Source: Octopus bimaculoides (Eukaryota). Taken from it: 64,000 bases of DNA. How positions within the stretch are numbered: position 1 is the first letter of the stretch; each line of letters opens with the position of its first letter. The notes beneath the pieces were generated by a model that did not search any database, was not told the DNA's origin, and was given only the letters and a program-made list of their open reading frames with translations. Location of the stretch: positions 173,707,644 to 173,771,643 of the forward strand of contig NC_068981.1 in NCBI RefSeq assembly GCF_001194135.2, written 5' to 3'. Shown here in pieces: positions 61,620-64,000 of this stretch. The position numbers were made by a program, and so were the translations under genes.

Positions 61620-62420
61620 TGAGCTCTGAGGTTGATGTAATCAACTAACCTCCCCGCCAATTACTAGTTGGGTGCCAAAGTTTGAAATCATTATTTTTAT
61701 TGTTATTATTATTATTAAGGCAGTGAGCTGGCAGAATCACCAGCATGCTGGATAAAATACTTAATCATCATCATCATCGTTTAACGTCCGCTTTCCATGC
61801 TAGCATGGGTTGGACGATTTGACTGAGGACTGGTGCATGTCATCCATATTTATATTTTGAGTTCAAATTCCAAGATCAATTTTGCATTTCATCCTTTCAG
61901 GGTCAAAAAATAATTACCAGTTGAGCATTGGGGTTGATGTAATCGACTAGCCTCTGCCACCAAATTTCAGGCCTTGTACCTATAGTAGAAAGAATTATCA
62001 TTATTAAGATGGCAAACCGGCATTTGTGTGTTGGTCAAAATGTTTAGCAGCATTTTTTCTGGCTCTTTATATTTTGAGTTCAAATCTAGCTAAGGCTGAC
62101 TTTGCCTTTCATCTCTTCAGGGTCAATAAAATAATCAGTTGAACCCTTGGGTTGATGTAATCCCCTAAAATTACTGGCCTAGTGTCAAAATTTGAAATCA
62201 TAAGGCAGCAAGTCAGCCAAATTATTAACATGTCAAACAATATGCTTCATGATATTTCATCTATCTTTGAATTCTCAGTTCAAATGTCACCAAGGTCCAC
62301 TTCGCCTTTCATCTTTTCAGAGTCAATGAAACAGAACCAGTTGAGCACCGAGGCTGATATAGTTGACTTCTTCACTCTCACATTTGCTAGCCTTGTGCCA
62401 AAATTAGAAACCATTATTAT
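61620..62420 (+). mobile_element. Head-to-tail cluster of ~4 SINE family B copies, one containing a minus-strand RTE tail (61763-61835)
   Basis: Repeated gagttcaaat...gcctttcatc...accagttgagc blocks separated by (ATT)n. Confidence 0.75.
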
Positions 62421-62669
62421 TATTCATTTCATTCATCTTTAAGGTAGTGGGTTTTTTTTAAACACTGTTTGTAGACCAGTCACTGACCAAGACTTAGATG
62501 CCTAACAACCACAACTGAGATAGATTATGCTGCACTAGTTTCCACGTCAGTACTTTTTCTTTTGTAGATCATATTTCAACAATTAGCTTAGATTCATGAG
62601 ATGACAGTACTGGATTACATGGTTGCAAGTAGCAGGTTTCCATTGGTCTTTGGAGGACTTGCCCCTGAC

Positions 62670-63823
62670 CTCATCATCATCATCATCATCATCGTTTAAC
62701 GTCCGCTTTCCATGCTAGCATGGTTTGGACGATTTGACTGAGGACTGGTGAACCAGATGGCTACACCAGGCTCCAATCTGATTTGGCAGAGTTTCTACAG
62801 CTAAATGCCCTTCCTAACGCCAACCACTCAGAGAGTGTAGTGGGTGCTTTTACATGCCACCGGCAAGAAGGCCAGTCAGGCAGTACTGGCAACGGCCATG
62901 CTCAAAATGGTGTATTTTACGTGCCNNNNNNNNNNNNNNNNNNNNNNNNNNNNNNNNNNNNNNNNNNNNNNNNNNNNNNNNNNNNNNNNNNNNNNNNNNN
63001 NNNNNNNNNNNNNNNNNNNNNNNNNNNNNNNNNNNNNNNNNNNNNNNNNNNNNNNNNNNNNNNNNNNNNNNNNNNNNNNNNNNNNNNNNNNNNNNNNNNN
63101 NNNNNNNNNNNNNNNNNNNNNNNNNNNNNNNNNNNNNNNNNNNNNNNNNNNNNNNNNNNNNNNNNNNNNNNNNNNNNNNNNNNNNNNNNNNNNNNNNNNN
63201 NNNNNNNNNNNNNNNNNNNNNNNNNNNNNNNNNNNNNNNNNNNNNNNNNNNNNNNNNNNNNNNNNNNNNNNNNNNNNNNNNNNNNNNNNNNNNNNNNNNN
63301 NNNNNNNNNNNNNNNNNNNNNNNNNNNNNNNNNNNNNNNNNNNNNNNNNNNNNNNNNNNNNNNNNNNNNNNNNNNNNNNNNNNNNNNNNNNNNNNNNNNN
63401 NNNNNNNNNNNNNNNNNNNNNNNNNNNNNNNNNNNNNNNNNNNNNNNNNNNNNNNNNNNNNNNNNNNNNNNNNNNNNNNNNNNNNNNNNNNNNNNNNNNN
63501 NNNNNNNNNNNNNNNNNNNNNNNNNNNNNNNNNNNNNNNNNNNNNNNNNNNNNNNNNNNNNNNNNNNNNNNNNNNNNNNNNNNNNNNNNNNNNNNNNNNN
63601 NNNNNNNNNNNNNNNNNNNNNNNNNNNNNNNNNNNNACTTGGTCACCTAGATAGCGGAAGCTATCAACTACGTCTAGTTTTTCTCCTTGGAATGTGGCAG
63701 AAGTTGTTTTCTGCACATTTACACCTCTTATGTGTCCATAGCTTGCACTGGGTGCATCTTATAGATTTCCATAGCTTGCACTGGGTGCATCTTATAGAGT
63801 TCCATAGCTTGCACTGGGTGCAT
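62670..63823 (-). mobile_element. RTE LINE 3' part (PHD remnant, thumb VVDSFRYLGD, N-gap, 3' UTR, (GAT)n tail at left)
   Basis: ORFs 63664-63873 and 62850-63716; tail atcatcatcgtttaacgtccgctttcc at ~62675-62710. Confidence 0.9.
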
Positions 63824-64000
63824 ACCTCATTGACAAATGACAGGGACCTTCTCTTTGTGGTTGGTGACTTCAATGGACATGTTGGACAACATGCAGGGGG
63901 CTTCCATGGTGTACATGGAGGCTATGGTTTTGGTTCCCACAATGAGGAGGGAACCAGGCTGCTGGAGTTCTGCGATGCAAATAATCTTATGGTTTGCAAT
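63824..64000 (+). mobile_element. RTE APE-endonuclease fragment, open to the window edge
   Basis: TSLTNDRDLLFVVGDFNGHVGQHAGGFHGVHGGYGFGSHNEEGTRLLEFCDANNLMVCN (59 uninterrupted codons, GDFN motif). Confidence 0.9.

Overview
AT-rich, repeat-dense animal genomic DNA with six N-gaps. The repeat families look like an octopod cephalopod, but that is inferred, not shown by the sequence. Two complete spliced housekeeping genes sit head-to-head about 200 bp apart. MRPS24 (mitoribosomal uS3m) is on the minus strand with 3 coding exons, 174 aa, 22907->11052. SAR1 (COPII GTPase) is on the plus strand with a probable non-coding exon 1 and 6 coding exons, 193 aa, 25054->37529. The rest is RTE-clade LINE fragments and their 3' tails, several tRNA-derived SINE families, Tc1/mariner, hAT and piggyBac-type MITEs, a mariner transposase relic, Penelope-like relics, micro/minisatellites, and a CpG-retaining intergenic zone (about 42-51 kb) with promoter-like modules. 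The most striking items are four. (1) A tRNA-headed SINE carrying a minimal Penelope-type hammerhead ribozyme, in 3 copies, two of which form a ~430-bp head-to-head palindrome. (2) A complete C4HC3 PHD finger embedded in-frame inside the RT of the dominant RTE LINE. (3) RTE copies with twin-priming-like 5' inversions. (4) An inverted pair of octamer/CCAAT/E-box modules flanking a long-TIR MITE. Most short ORFs in the supplied track are spurious (repeats, microsatellites, N-runs). Repeat boundaries are approximate; exon boundaries were counted base by base.
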